Both the position numbers and the translations under genes were made by a program. Source: Patescibacteria group bacterium (GTDB taxonomy: Bacteria > Patescibacteriota > Dojkabacteria > GCA-002793355). From it: a DNA stretch of 64,000 bases. Position 1 is the first letter of the stretch; every line of letters begins with the position of its first letter. Location of the stretch: positions 984,040 through 1,048,039 of the forward strand of contig BOKM01000001.1 in NCBI GenBank assembly GCA_016860985.1, in the 5' to 3' direction. Below the pieces are notes generated by a model. The model was not told the DNA's origin. It did no database searches and saw only the letters and a program-made list of their open reading frames with translations. Positions 9,100 through 18,644 of this stretch are shown piece by piece.

Positions 9100-10045
9100 T
9101 ATTTTTAAAAAACAAACAAATCGCCTTTTTATTATTTATTGTATTTCAGGTTTTGCCTATATAACTCTCCTATTGCTTTTATCTATAAGAGCTTTGCCAG
9201 GTTTTTTTATGCAAGTATTGTTTCTTGCTGATGCAATAATTAAAAGTCATTCAGAAATTAGCCCTATTATATTTAGTGATGCATTTATTAAAGCTTTCGT
9301 TTCAGGAGGAATCTCTATGGGTTTGATATTTATTGCAGTAAGAGGAATCTCTAGCTCAACAAAACAGCTAATAATAACCAGCAAATTTTTAAACTCCTTA
9401 AAGATTAAATCTAAAGTTAATATTGTTAATTTAGATGTTACAGATACTTCTGTATTCACTGCTGGAATGATTACACCTAAGGTCTATATTTCCTCAAAGC
9501 TAAAGGACTCATTAACTTCTGAACAGTTAAAGGCGGTTTTGCATCATGAGTTTTCGCATTGCAAAGATCATGACCCATTAAGAGGGTTTATCGTACAACT
9601 CATCAATAACATACTTCCGAAATTTCCTTTTAAGAACAAATTGAAAGATATTTATTTCACATCTGTTGAATTAAAAAGTGATGAACACTCCAAAAATATA
9701 TTAGGAAAGAAAAGACCAATTATAGAAGCCTTATACTCAATTCTGAGTAACGATTTTTCCATGTCAATGCAACCGAATTTAGCACATTTTAGTAATATGC
9801 CCGAAAGAATACCTGTATTAGTTGGAGCAAAAAAGTTTAACTTCAAATTAGTTACTGCTTTATCATCATTCTTTCTATTTGCCTTAGTCAGTTTACCTGT
9901 TTTGGCCTATACAGCAAAATTTTATAACTGTGAACATATTGAAGATTGTATTCAAATATTTGTTAATAATCTGCAAAGCAATTCTTCTGAAAATCTATGC
10001 TCTATGCATTCGATGGATACTCCAACTTCTTGTACATCAAATTAA
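9092..10045 (+). CDS. M56 (BlaR1-like) membrane zinc protease 2 with Cys/His/Met-rich tail
   Basis: TM helices, VFTAG, HEFSH, DPL and ELKSD motifs; overlaps the repressor by 8 nt. Confidence 0.85.
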   Translation: MNNIFKKQTNRLFIIYCISGFAYITLLLLLSIRALPGFFMQVLFLADAIIKSHSEISPIIFSDAFIKAFVSGGISMGLIFIAVRGISSSTKQLIITSKFLNSLKIKSKVNIVNLDVTDTSVFTAGMITPKVYISSKLKDSLTSEQLKAVLHHEFSHCKDHDPLRGFIVQLINNILPKFPFKNKLKDIYFTSVELKSDEHSKNILGKKRPIIEALYSILSNDFSMSMQPNLAHFSNMPERIPVLVGAKKFNFKLVTALSSFFLFALVSLPVLAYTAKFYNCEHIEDCIQIFVNNLQSNSSENLCSMHSMDTPTSCTSN

Positions 10046-10057
10046 TTCTAAAAGTTC

Positions 10058-10100
10058 TTGACAATTAATCATTAAGCTACTACACTTGTAGTAGCTTAAT
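10058..10100 (+). promoter_or_regulatory. Promoter with operator 4 (ATTAAGCTACTACA-CT-TGTAGTAGCTTAAT)
   Basis: TTGACA-17 nt-TACACT; perfect 14-bp inverted arms at 10071-10100. Confidence 0.9.
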
Positions 10101-10116
10101 TTGTTATGAACTATGA

Positions 10117-11706
10117 ATGAAAAGTAAATCGAAAAAATCAGAACCTCAATTACAAGAATGCAGTTACTCTGTAAAGGGAATGCATTGTGCAAGTTGTGAA
10201 GTCCTCATTGAAAAAAAACTTATAAAACAAACTAATATAGAAGGTGTAGATGCCTCTACTTCAGACAACAAAGTAATAATAGAATATAAAGGAGAGAAGC
10301 CTACTCTAGATCAATTGAATAAATTGTTTAAAGCTGAAGGCTATAGTTTTGATGAAAATGACAGTAAAGATGCAGTTCAAGATGATGTTGAAAAGTTGTT
10401 TCAAGTTGAAAATGGTAAGTTAACTTTTAGCACACGCAAACTCAACTCTATTCTCTTTATTATCGTGGGGGTTGCGGGTATTTTCTTAATCTATAAACTA
10501 TTTGAACGATTTGGATTAGCTTCTGCCGTCTCTGTAAACGCAACATCTGCATTACCTGCCTTTTTCTTTTTTGGTATTGTGGCTGGCTTTTCGAGCTGTG
10601 CAGCTCTTGTTGGTGGAATTGTTCTGTCAATGTCAAAGCAGTGGTATGAGCTTCACTCTACGAGCAATTCTTTTTCAGAAAAACTACAGCCACATCTATT
10701 GTTTAATATCGGGAGAATTGTTTCATTTGCAATACTTGGAGGTGTTTTAGGTGCGATTGGAAGTATTTTTACAATATCACCTTTATTTACAGCTATTGTC
10801 GCAATTCTTGTCTCTATAATGATGGTATTGTTAGGTTTGCAAATGCTCGGGATTAAGGCTTTTCAACGATTTCAGTTTAGAATGCCTAAAGTGTTTTCAA
10901 GGTACATTGCTGATGAATCCAATTTTGCAGGTAAATACATGCCTATGATTATGGGTGCACTTACATTCTTTCTTCCTTGTGGGTTCACCATTACGGCTCA
11001 AGGGTTAGCTATGGTATCAGGAGATCCTATTCGTGGAGCACTAATAATGTCGTTGTTTGCTTTAGGAACTTCTCCAATGCTTTTATTCATTGGAATGTCT
11101 AGTACAAAGATGTATGAAAAAGCTCATATTGCTGAAAATTTTATGAAGTTAGTTGGTATTCTCGTTATTTTTTTCGGACTTTCAACTGTCAATATGCAAT
11201 TAGTTGCCCTCGGACTTCCAAATTTAAATGACATTAGTTTCGGACAAAGTAGTATTAACCAGAGTAATAACATAGGCTCTTCAAATAGCACTCTTCCAGA
11301 AATTGTAAATGGAAAGCAAATCGTTAAGATGGAGGCAAGTGCTTCAGGTTATTCGCCTAATAATATTAAAGTAAGAGTTAATGTCCCTGTTCGATGGGAA
11401 ATCAATGACACTGGAACTTCTGGCTGTACTAACGCCATTATCTCTAAAGGTCTTTTTGATGGTCAGATAGATCTTGAAACAGGAAAAGTTGCAGTTAAAG
11501 AGTTTACTCCAACAAAAGTCGGGAAATATAGATTTAGCTGTTGGATGGGAATGGTAACAGGGGTTATTGAAGTTGTGGATGATACCGGTAAAACAGTAAG
11601 TGATTCGGGAACAACTAATAATCAGGTTGTTGTTGAGTCAGGTGCTAAAGGGTGCGGTTGTGGTGGAGGTGGTGGAAATTCATGCGGAGGTACAAAAAAC
11701 AACTAA
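10117..11706 (+). CDS. HMA + DsbD_2/TauE-like membrane domain + cupredoxin-domain protein
   Basis: GMHCASC, SSCAALVGG, FFLPCGF, FSCWMGM; GCGC tail. Confidence 0.8.
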   Translation: MKSKSKKSEPQLQECSYSVKGMHCASCEVLIEKKLIKQTNIEGVDASTSDNKVIIEYKGEKPTLDQLNKLFKAEGYSFDENDSKDAVQDDVEKLFQVENGKLTFSTRKLNSILFIIVGVAGIFLIYKLFERFGLASAVSVNATSALPAFFFFGIVAGFSSCAALVGGIVLSMSKQWYELHSTSNSFSEKLQPHLLFNIGRIVSFAILGGVLGAIGSIFTISPLFTAIVAILVSIMMVLLGLQMLGIKAFQRFQFRMPKVFSRYIADESNFAGKYMPMIMGALTFFLPCGFTITAQGLAMVSGDPIRGALIMSLFALGTSPMLLFIGMSSTKMYEKAHIAENFMKLVGILVIFFGLSTVNMQLVALGLPNLNDISFGQSSINQSNNIGSSNSTLPEIVNGKQIVKMEASASGYSPNNIKVRVNVPVRWEINDTGTSGCTNAIISKGLFDGQIDLETGKVAVKEFTPTKVGKYRFSCWMGMVTGVIEVVDDTGKTVSDSGTTNNQVVVESGAKGCGCGGGGGNSCGGTKNN

Positions 11707-11719
11707 TACAATTACATAA

Positions 11720-12697
11720 ATGATTCTAAGAATTAGTCCAACAAAACTTATTGTTCAAATATTTGTTACTCAATCATTAGTACTAGTATTTCTTGGAATA
11801 ACAAATATTATTGATCACCTAACGCTTTTTTATAATACCTTCACCCATTCTCAATTTATTTCTTTTGGTGTTTTAAGCTTAATTGTTAGTTTGGTAGTAC
11901 TTATTGTTTCTATTGCATACGGTCTCTCTTTGTGGCTCAATACTGTTTATGAGATAAGCAATGGAAAGCTCACGATAAAGAAGGGACTTTTAAACAGACA
12001 GGTATTAGAAATTAAATTAAGCAATATTGTACAAACTGAAAGTAATTTACCATTTTTAGGAAAGTTCTTTAATTATGGAGATATTTCATTTAAAACTGAA
12101 AATGGTGGGAAAACAATCAGGATTAAATCAATAACAGATGTACTAGATGTTCAAAAGTTTCTCCAAAACCAAAAAATGATTAATAGCAGTAGGCTTCCAA
12201 AAGTTACTAAAGAATCTATAGTTGAAATCATCAAAAACGGAGAGACAGATGAAATTGAATTCAAATCTAGTTTGAGATGGGATTTATCACTTCTAAAAGT
12301 AAATAAAGTATTAGAGAAATCAGTATTTAAGACAATAGTTGGATTTCTCAATGGCAATGGTGGATTGTTAATTGTTGGTGTTAGTGACACAGGGGAACTC
12401 TTAGGCTTAAATAATGACTATTTAAGCCTTCCAAAGAAAAATATTGATGGTTTCGAAAATCATATGACTCAACTCTTCGGCGAATGTATAGGGATTGAAC
12501 ATAGGCACTTAATAAAAATATTTCACTTCGTTATTGAGAATAAAGAAGTTGCGGTTGTGAGAATTAAGCCAAGTAAAAATCCAATTTATTTAAGGAATGG
12601 AGAAAATGAGGATTTTTTCTTGCGTACAGGAAATACTACCAGTTTACTTTCTGGGCATGAGATCTTTAATTATCTTAGATATCGTAACAAAATATGA
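11720..12697 (+). CDS. Two-TM + bacterial PH domain + Schlafen/AlbA_2 domain protein
   Basis: KKGLL...FNYGDI (bPH-like); GETDEIEFKSS and FLNGNGGLLIVGVSD (AlbA_2). Confidence 0.8.
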   Translation: MILRISPTKLIVQIFVTQSLVLVFLGITNIIDHLTLFYNTFTHSQFISFGVLSLIVSLVVLIVSIAYGLSLWLNTVYEISNGKLTIKKGLLNRQVLEIKLSNIVQTESNLPFLGKFFNYGDISFKTENGGKTIRIKSITDVLDVQKFLQNQKMINSSRLPKVTKESIVEIIKNGETDEIEFKSSLRWDLSLLKVNKVLEKSVFKTIVGFLNGNGGLLIVGVSDTGELLGLNNDYLSLPKKNIDGFENHMTQLFGECIGIEHRHLIKIFHFVIENKEVAVVRIKPSKNPIYLRNGENEDFFLRTGNTTSLLSGHEIFNYLRYRNKI

Positions 12698-13485
12698 AAA
12701 ATTTATTAACCAAATTACCCTTAGTTATTTCGTTGTTATTTATACTCGCTACATTGTTAGCTGTACTTGCTCCTGTATTTGCTTATTTAAAGCTAAACTT
12801 TTTATCTGACCCAATTTATTGGTTTTATCAGTGGTTTTGCCATCAAAGACCTTGGCGTTCATATCATATGTTTGATTATCAATATGCACTGGATGCGAGA
12901 ATGATTACTTTGTTTTTAGGTCTGGGTGTCGGTGGCTTATTAACATCAGTAAAAAAGTTAAAACCATTAAAATGGAAATATGTAATGATTGTTATCATAA
13001 TAATGATTGTTCCTATGGGAATTGATGGCATAACTCAATTAATTGCAGAGTTAAGTGTTATAAACAAAGTAACACAGTTGCCATTTTATGAGAGTACAAA
13101 TTTTATCAGAAGTATTACTGGTATTTTTGCAGGTGTTGGAATTTCAGTAGCATTATTTCCATATATTAATAATGGCGAATCTGTAGGTTTTAACAACGAT
13201 TATCTTAAAACAATACTTCTTGGAATGCTTATAACCTTTTTATTTATTCCTCTTTTTGTGTATCTATGGTTTGTATCCTCTACTAAATATACACCATCTT
13301 CAATGTTTATTGATTCATTACAGAGATTTCCAGGATACAATTATGAAGTAACAACTGGTGGCGGTCACTCAACCATCAATAGGATCATCAAAGAACCTAC
13401 AGATCTCTATAAGCAAAGAGAAAAGTATTATCAGAATAAGAATACTGGGCTATGCAGTGGTAGTACAAAAGAAAATTGTAATTAA
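12694..13485 (+). CDS. DUF2085-like membrane protein
   Basis: FCHQRPWRS, PMGIDGITQ and ESTNFIRSITG motifs. Confidence 0.75.
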   Translation: MKNLLTKLPLVISLLFILATLLAVLAPVFAYLKLNFLSDPIYWFYQWFCHQRPWRSYHMFDYQYALDARMITLFLGLGVGGLLTSVKKLKPLKWKYVMIVIIIMIVPMGIDGITQLIAELSVINKVTQLPFYESTNFIRSITGIFAGVGISVALFPYINNGESVGFNNDYLKTILLGMLITFLFIPLFVYLWFVSSTKYTPSSMFIDSLQRFPGYNYEVTTGGGHSTINRIIKEPTDLYKQREKYYQNKNTGLCSGSTKENCN

Positions 13486-13488
13486 TAA

Positions 13489-13517
13489 TTGACATACTAC
13501 TACATGTGTAGTAGTAT
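13489..13517 (+). promoter_or_regulatory. Promoter with operator 5 (ATACTACTACA-TG-TGTAGTAGTAT)
   Basis: TTGACA-17 nt-TAGTAT; the palindrome fills the spacer. Confidence 0.9.
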
Positions 13518-13556
13518 AACTAAGAATGCAGTAGATTAAATTTTAAATAACAAATA

Positions 13557-13994
13557 ATGTCTAAAAAGAATAAAAATATACAAGAAACTACCACAATTAA
13601 TGGAACAGGCGTATTGATTGGGATTGCTGTAATAGTTGTGATAGGTTTTGTCTTTCTTATTGGATCTGGAAATAATAATTCTGCAGATGTAAAAGGAGCA
13701 AGCTCAAGCGTTGTAAGTACTTCGGGAGATAAACAAGTTGTTGAAGTGACCGTTAGTGGCGGTTACTCACCTCGTACAATTAACGCCAAAGCAGGAGTTC
13801 CAACAATTATTCGCATGAAATCAGATGGTGCATATGGTTGTGAAAGAGCTTTTAGAATACCAAGTTTAGGAATATCAAAGACATTACCAGCAAGTGGTAA
13901 TACTGATATTGAAATTACTTCCCAAAATGCAGGTACCAGCTTAAGAGGTACGTGTAGTATGGGAATGTATAGTTTTGTAATTAATTTTAATTAA
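13557..13994 (+). CDS. Membrane-anchored cupredoxin-domain protein (CupA-like)
   Basis: GGYSP, GC and TCSMGMY motifs. Confidence 0.8.
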   Translation: MSKKNKNIQETTTINGTGVLIGIAVIVVIGFVFLIGSGNNNSADVKGASSSVVSTSGDKQVVEVTVSGGYSPRTINAKAGVPTIIRMKSDGAYGCERAFRIPSLGISKTLPASGNTDIEITSQNAGTSLRGTCSMGMYSFVINFN

Positions 13995-14002
13995 TAATAT
14001 AT

Positions 14003-14227
14003 ATGAAATACCAAATAAATATTTCAGGCATGCACTGTTCAGGATGTAAGAACTTAATAACCATGTCTCTAGAAGACATTGGGCTAGAAGAAGTTGTTGT
14101 TGATCCTGAAAAGAATATTGCTACTTTCGTGACCGCTAATAAGGCTGAAGAGGTAGAAAAAGATCTTCAAGAAGTATTTAAAGAGTTAACAGACTATAAA
14201 TACTCTAATCTTAATATTATTGCTTAA
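14003..14227 (+). CDS. CopZ-like copper chaperone (HMA domain)
   Basis: GMHCSGC, 74 aa. Confidence 0.85.
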   Translation: MKYQINISGMHCSGCKNLITMSLEDIGLEEVVVDPEKNIATFVTANKAEEVEKDLQEVFKELTDYKYSNLNIIA

Positions 14228-14244
14228 TTTTTATTTAAATAACT

Positions 14245-14805
14245 ATGTCAAAATATATAACAATTTCACTCGTCATTATTTTCTTTGTACTTGGAACAGG
14301 TCTTGGCTATGTGGTATCACCACAATACTCAATGAACCAATATGAAAGTAAACAAATGGTAGATTTAGGTAAAGCTGATAAATATGTTGATTTACGGTAC
14401 ATAAATGCAATGATTGCACATCACAAGGGTGCGATGAAACTAGCAGAACAGGTTAAAAATGAATCTAGAAGACAAGATATTAAAGATTTAGCAAATATGA
14501 TTTTAACTGACGAACCCAAAGCAATTGCTGAACTATATCAATGGAAGAAGGATTGGTATAACGACACAACAGAAGTCGCTTCAATGGAAGTTCCAAATTT
14601 AGGTACATATGATGAAAAGTTGGATTGGAGATTTTTAAATGCTCTTATTACTCATCACGAATCTGGAATTGAAATGACAATGGAGATTCAAAAGAAATCA
14701 ACAAGAAATGAAATCTTGAACAATGCAAATGCTGTAGAAGACTTTTTACATAAAGGTAAGATCAAATTAAGTCAAATGAGAACTGATTGGTACGAAGTCA
14801 AATAA
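14245..14805 (+). CDS. DUF305 (CopM-like) exported copper-binding protein
   Basis: MIAHHKGAMKLA and LITHHESGIEM repeats. Confidence 0.8.
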   Translation: MSKYITISLVIIFFVLGTGLGYVVSPQYSMNQYESKQMVDLGKADKYVDLRYINAMIAHHKGAMKLAEQVKNESRRQDIKDLANMILTDEPKAIAELYQWKKDWYNDTTEVASMEVPNLGTYDEKLDWRFLNALITHHESGIEMTMEIQKKSTRNEILNNANAVEDFLHKGKIKLSQMRTDWYEVK

Positions 14806-14829
14806 TTAACCTACTATCATATAAATAAC

Positions 14830-17142
14830 ATGGAAAAAATAACAATACCTATTAAGGGAATGCACTGTGCAAGTTGTGCATTAACAATTGAGAAAGCAAT
14901 TTCCAAAGTGAATGGAGTTGACTCAATTAAAGTAAATTATGGCACAGAAAAAGCAACTATTGAGTTTGATAAAACTGCAACATCTATAGACCAAATGAGC
15001 GAAAGAATAAAGCCATTTGGCTATGAATTGCAAAATGAAGTTGCAATGCCAATGAGTCACGGAAATATGTCTGCAAATGAACATGCAGAACACTTAGGAC
15101 TGGACAAAAGCAAGCAAGAAAAACTTAAGGAACTTGATGATCAAAAAGCTAAAGTCGAATTTGTATTGCCAATAGCAATAATGATCTTTGCTTTAATGAT
15201 GTGGGAAATTAGTGCAAAATCATTCCCAAATGTAGTTCCTGCATTTTTTCTTCCAATGCAACTATACTCCACAATGATGATGATTATTTCTTCTGTAGTA
15301 CTGTTTTGGATTGGACAACCTTTTTTAAAGGGCATTGTAAACTTCATTCAATATAAAGTTGCCAATATGGACACTTTAATTGGAATTGGTACTTTAACAG
15401 CGTATCTCTATAGCTCATTTGTTGTTTTATTCCCTAATATCGCACATTCGGCTGGACTTCCTGAAACAAATTACTTTGATGTTGCAATCGTTGTTATTGG
15501 ATTTATTGTCTTTGGTAAATATCTAGAAGCACGATCAAAGCTAAAAACAGGAGAAGCCATAGAAAAGTTAATGAATCTTCAAGCAAAGACTGCATTAGTA
15601 GAAAGAAATGGAGAAGAGGTTGAAATTGCAATTGATATGGTGCAACTTGATGATGTCGTCATCGTTAAACCAGGTGGAAAAATCCCTGTAGACGGCGTTA
15701 TTATCGAAGGCAAATCTTCAATTGATGAATCTATGGTAACTGGTGAGCCAATTCCAGTCGATAAAACAGTTGAAGACAAAGTTATCGGAGGAACAATAAA
15801 CAAACAAGGTACATTCAAATTTAAAGCTACAAAAGTTGGTTCAGATACTCTTTTGGCAAGCATTATTAAGATGGTTGAGGAAGCACAAGGTTCTCGAGCA
15901 CCAATCCAAAAATTGGCAGATCAAATTTCTGGTGTTTTTGTACCTGTAGTACTTATAATAGCTGTTCTGACCCTAATCATATGGTTGGCAGTTGGGAGTC
16001 AATTTATGCCCTTTAACGAAGCTCTTACCTATGGATTATTATGTTTCGTAGGTATCTTAGTAATTGCGTGTCCATGTGCTTTAGGTCTTGCTACTCCTAC
16101 AGCGATTATTGTAGGGGTTGGTAAAGGTGCTCAAAACGGTATTCTTATTAAAAATGCTGAAAGTCTAGAAAAGTTGCATAAAGTTAATACCATTGTTGTC
16201 GATAAAACAGGTACAATTACAAAGGGCAAGCCTGAAGTTACAGATATTCTTCCTTCTTATGCCGATGAATCTCTTGACGGAGTTGAAATACTAAAATTAA
16301 TCGCTTCATTAGAAAAGAACTCGGAGCATCCATTAGCTGAAGCAATCAAGGAAAAGGCAAAATCTATGGATGTACAACTAGCAAAAGTTAATGACTTCGA
16401 AATCATTGAAGGTAAAGGATTAAAAGGTACTATTGATGGGAAGATGTACTATGCTGGCAATTTAAAGCTTATGGATGACTTAAATCTTGATTACGATAAG
16501 GATTTAATTGATAAATTGTCAAAGCAAGGTAAAACCCCAGTACTCTTTACAGATGATAAAAAGGTGTTAGCAACAATTGCAATTTCAGATACTATTAAAG
16601 AATCAAGTGCAGATGCAGTTGCAAGACTACATAAGCTCGGTGTTAAAGTTGTAATGCTTACTGGTGATAATCGAAACACTGCAAAATACATTGCAGACTT
16701 AGTAGGAATCGATAAAGTCTTTGCAGAGGTATTACCAAGTGAAAAAGCGGATAAGGTTCGTGAACTACAAGCAGAGGGTTTGGTTGTCGCAATGGCAGGA
16801 GATGGTGTAAATGATGCACCTGCACTCGCACAATCTGATGTTGGAATAGCTATGGGTACAGGTACTGATGTTGCAATTGAATCAGCAGACATAACATTGC
16901 TTGCGGGGGATATCTCAAAGATCCCACAAGCGATCAAGTTGTCAAAGAAAACAATGGCAACTATTAAGCAAAATCTCTTTTGGGCATTTATCTACAATGT
17001 TGTTGGTATTCCATTAGCGGCTGGATTACTCTTTCCAATTTGGGGAATTCTATTAAATCCAGTATTCGCAGGCTTAGCAATGGCATTTAGTAGTGTTTCT
17101 GTTGTTACAAATTCACTGAGATTGAAGTTTGTTAAGATTTAA
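14830..17142 (+). CDS. copA: Copper-exporting P1B-1 ATPase
   Basis: [24 protein letters not shown] and MAFSS signatures. Confidence 0.92.
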   Translation: MEKITIPIKGMHCASCALTIEKAISKVNGVDSIKVNYGTEKATIEFDKTATSIDQMSERIKPFGYELQNEVAMPMSHGNMSANEHAEHLGLDKSKQEKLKELDDQKAKVEFVLPIAIMIFALMMWEISAKSFPNVVPAFFLPMQLYSTMMMIISSVVLFWIGQPFLKGIVNFIQYKVANMDTLIGIGTLTAYLYSSFVVLFPNIAHSAGLPETNYFDVAIVVIGFIVFGKYLEARSKLKTGEAIEKLMNLQAKTALVERNGEEVEIAIDMVQLDDVVIVKPGGKIPVDGVIIEGKSSIDESMVTGEPIPVDKTVEDKVIGGTINKQGTFKFKATKVGSDTLLASIIKMVEEAQGSRAPIQKLADQISGVFVPVVLIIAVLTLIIWLAVGSQFMPFNEALTYGLLCFVGILVIACPCALGLATPTAIIVGVGKGAQNGILIKNAESLEKLHKVNTIVVDKTGTITKGKPEVTDILPSYADESLDGVEILKLIASLEKNSEHPLAEAIKEKAKSMDVQLAKVNDFEIIEGKGLKGTIDGKMYYAGNLKLMDDLNLDYDKDLIDKLSKQGKTPVLFTDDKKVLATIAISDTIKESSADAVARLHKLGVKVVMLTGDNRNTAKYIADLVGIDKVFAEVLPSEKADKVRELQAEGLVVAMAGDGVNDAPALAQSDVGIAMGTGTDVAIESADITLLAGDISKIPQAIKLSKKTMATIKQNLFWAFIYNVVGIPLAAGLLFPIWGILLNPVFAGLAMAFSSVSVVTNSLRLKFVKI

Positions 17143-17161
17143 TTTCTTAAATAATTAATGT

Positions 17162-17719
17162 ATGAAAAAAGAAGTATTAGGAGGTTTGATCATTGTAGCA
17201 ATTGTTGTTGGAGGTTTAGTTTTCTATTCATTGAATAATAAACAAAAATCAGACACTTTAACGAATCAACCTCAGCCGACCTCAAGTACAACGCCAACAA
17301 ATACAGTCGAAGAAACAGAGAAGTATGTGTTTACAGGAAATAAGGGTGAAACACTTCAATTGGTTGACGGAAAGGTATCTATTCCTACTAATGGATTCGA
17401 GGTTAATAAAGTAAAGTTCTTTAATGTAACTTTAGCTGATGGAACCACAGTCTATTTTATGGTCTTAAAAGATGCTGAAGGTAAATTTAGAGTTGCAGCT
17501 AATGGCAATAAACAGTGTGCAAAGTATGGGAAAGGTTATGTGCAAGAAGGAAACAAGCTTATTTGTACAGTTTGTGAAAAGAGTTATTCCGTTGAAGATT
17601 TTGCTATTGAAAAACCAGACTGCAACCCATACCCAATTAATGCAAATGAAAAGGTTAATGGAAGCAATGTTGTCATAGGTGTGAGCGAATTAGAAACTGT
17701 GACATCGCTATTTAAGTAG
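17162..17719 (+). CDS. DUF2318-like membrane-anchored Fe-S/Cys protein
   Basis: KGYVQEG..LICTVC and CNPYP motifs. Confidence 0.65.
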   Translation: MKKEVLGGLIIVAIVVGGLVFYSLNNKQKSDTLTNQPQPTSSTTPTNTVEETEKYVFTGNKGETLQLVDGKVSIPTNGFEVNKVKFFNVTLADGTTVYFMVLKDAEGKFRVAANGNKQCAKYGKGYVQEGNKLICTVCEKSYSVEDFAIEKPDCNPYPINANEKVNGSNVVIGVSELETVTSLFK

Positions 17720-17730
17720 CGTTAAAAGTA

Positions 17731-17776
17731 TAGTGGGTAGTAATAATACATACTACCCACTAGTTTGTGCCTTTTT
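17731..17776 (+). terminator. Hairpin terminator after the copper operon
   Basis: TAGTGGGTAGTA/TACTACCCACTA 12-bp stem followed by a T-rich tract. Confidence 0.6.
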
Positions 17777-18158
17777 AGAACGATTTCTTTTTTAAGTGTA
17801 GGCAAATACCAAATAGTATTATTAAAAAATTAATTGGTAAAAAAGCAAAAGAGACCAACCAACTAATCCAGTTAAATGAAGATGATCTCATAATCATTCC
17901 ACTTTTCCCATGCGTAAATTTCATGTTTATATTATAATAAAAATTAGTTAAGAATAATAAAATTATCGATGAAAAGTGAGGCACCTGTACTAAGTGCGGT
18001 TCGGACTTCATCCAGTGCCCCGCTTGACTGGTTTTGTGCGCAGCGCAAAACAGACAAGCAGGTACGTGTCCGGACCCAATAGACAACTTCGTCTGAATAA
18101 TGAATTGGAGTTCGACCGGAACGTGTGCATGTCCTTTGTATATATGCAGATTCATGCA

Positions 18159-18175
18159 AATCTCGTCGCCCGCTT
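18159..18175 (+). repeat. Right att of island 1
   Basis: AATCTCGTCGCCCGCTT, identical to 1274-1290. Confidence 0.9.
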
Positions 18176-18278
18176 GTCTTGTCTTTTTCAATAATTACCG
18201 CAGATACAACTAATAGTGTCGCAGATTCTTTGTTTGTCCCTTCTGTTAAATTTCTCTGAGAACAAGTAAACTACACAC

Positions 18279-18629
18279 ATGCGCAAACCATTCAAAAAGA
18301 ATATTAACGAGGTGGAAATGGAAGAAGCTCACGGCGGAAGTGGAAAAAGACAAGTACTTCTTTCCCAAAAAGACGACATTTCAACATATATGGAAGCGAT
18401 GACAAACGGTTATATTCCACCCAAAGGCGCTTATGATTGGCATAGCCATGATGGTGTCGATGAGCTTTTCCTCGTATTACAAGGGAGAGGAACAATTGAA
18501 TTTGAAGATGGAATTAGTCTGGAGTACGCAAAAGATGACTTGGTTCATATTCCTGCGGACATTAAACACAGAATTGAAAACACAAGTGAAACAGAAAGCG
18601 AATTTCTTTTTATACGAATAAAACACTAA
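18279..18629 (+). CDS. Cupin-domain protein
   Basis: WHSHDGVDELFLVLQG and PADIKHRIEN motifs. Confidence 0.85.
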   Translation: MRKPFKKNINEVEMEEAHGGSGKRQVLLSQKDDISTYMEAMTNGYIPPKGAYDWHSHDGVDELFLVLQGRGTIEFEDGISLEYAKDDLVHIPADIKHRIENTSETESEFLFIRIKH

Positions 18630-18644
18630 TTAGAATTTGTTGCT

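Larger units (their letters stand above)
1274..18175. mobile_element. Heavy-metal/thiol-redox genomic island integrated at tRNA-Gly, no integrase inside
   Basis: 17-bp tRNA-end direct repeats; visibly more AT-rich than flanks; all cargo genes co-oriented. Confidence 0.85.

Noticed and set aside
3447-10045. Beta-lactam resistance regulation (blaI/blaR1)
   Set aside because: No penicillin-binding sensor domain and no beta-lactamase; the operators sit before metal and thiol genes
17731-17762. Sixth BlaI operator
   Set aside because: Half-sites are in reversed order (GTAGTA...TACTAC) and lie after the last gene; better explained as a terminator
17775-18194. ORFs 17775..18191, 17944..18159 and 17994..18194 as real genes
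   Set aside because: They overlap each other and the att region and show no recognisable family; a small membrane peptide at 17775-17924 cannot be excluded
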